This document shows, piece by piece, positions 31,988 through 32,000 of a stretch of 32,000 nt of DNA. The notes beneath the pieces are model-generated. The model saw only the letters and a program-made list of their open reading frames with translations. It had not been told where the DNA came from and did not search any database. The translations under genes were made by a program, and so were the position numbers. Numbering within the stretch: the stretch's first letter is position 1; the number at the start of each line of letters is the position of its first letter. The stretch is from Candidatus Saccharimonadota bacterium (GTDB taxonomy: Bacteria; Patescibacteriota; Gracilibacteria; BD1-5; UBA6164): positions 1,290,001-1,322,000 of the forward strand of contig OZ245768.1 in NCBI GenBank assembly GCA_965227835.1, written 5' to 3'.

Positions 31988-32000
31988 ATTTTCTAATAAT

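Overview
AT-rich window (about 30% GC by eye) in which TGA is a sense codon. It falls on invariant glycines of EF-Tu, EF-G, IF-2, LepA, MiaA and KsgA. This is genetic code 25, which points to Absconditabacteria (SR1) or Gracilibacteria in the Candidate Phyla Radiation. The supplied ORF track used the standard code, so almost every real gene appears as fragments and many listed ORFs are antisense shadows. I re-read both strands by hand, treating only TAA and TAG as stops. That gives about 33 intact CDS and 5 tRNAs. The housekeeping genes are rsmA, rplU, pnp, lepA, fusA, miaA, tsaD, infB, rpsP, a KH-domain protein, rpmB, rpsJ and tuf. The tRNAs are Gln, Glu, initiator Met, a second CAT tRNA and Leu. 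The accessory genes are: a 1455-aa protein with three 49-aa repeats, a central hydrophobic hairpin and a C-terminal calpain-like Cys-His-Asn protease; a membrane-anchored 2xLysM-CHAP murein hydrolase; a glutamine amidotransferase; an LD-carboxypeptidase with a Cys-rich lipoprotein; a co-directional SDR / asparaginase-like / pterin dehydratase / cNMP-binding set behind infB; and a VirB2/TrbC-like two-TM protein next to an O-antigen-ligase-like protein. The most unusual locus is 8566-9900. It is a terminator-bracketed divergent gene pair, and these are the only genes here with no TGA codon, the only ones with a GGAG Shine-Dalgarno, and both have near-consensus back-to-back sigma70 promoters. One of the pair is a 42% GC, CGT-rich 68-aa basic ORF. 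Second is a C8 homopolymer at 23808-23815 that separates an asparaginase-like ORF from its only ATG start codons. All family calls come from motif recognition by eye; no database search was run.
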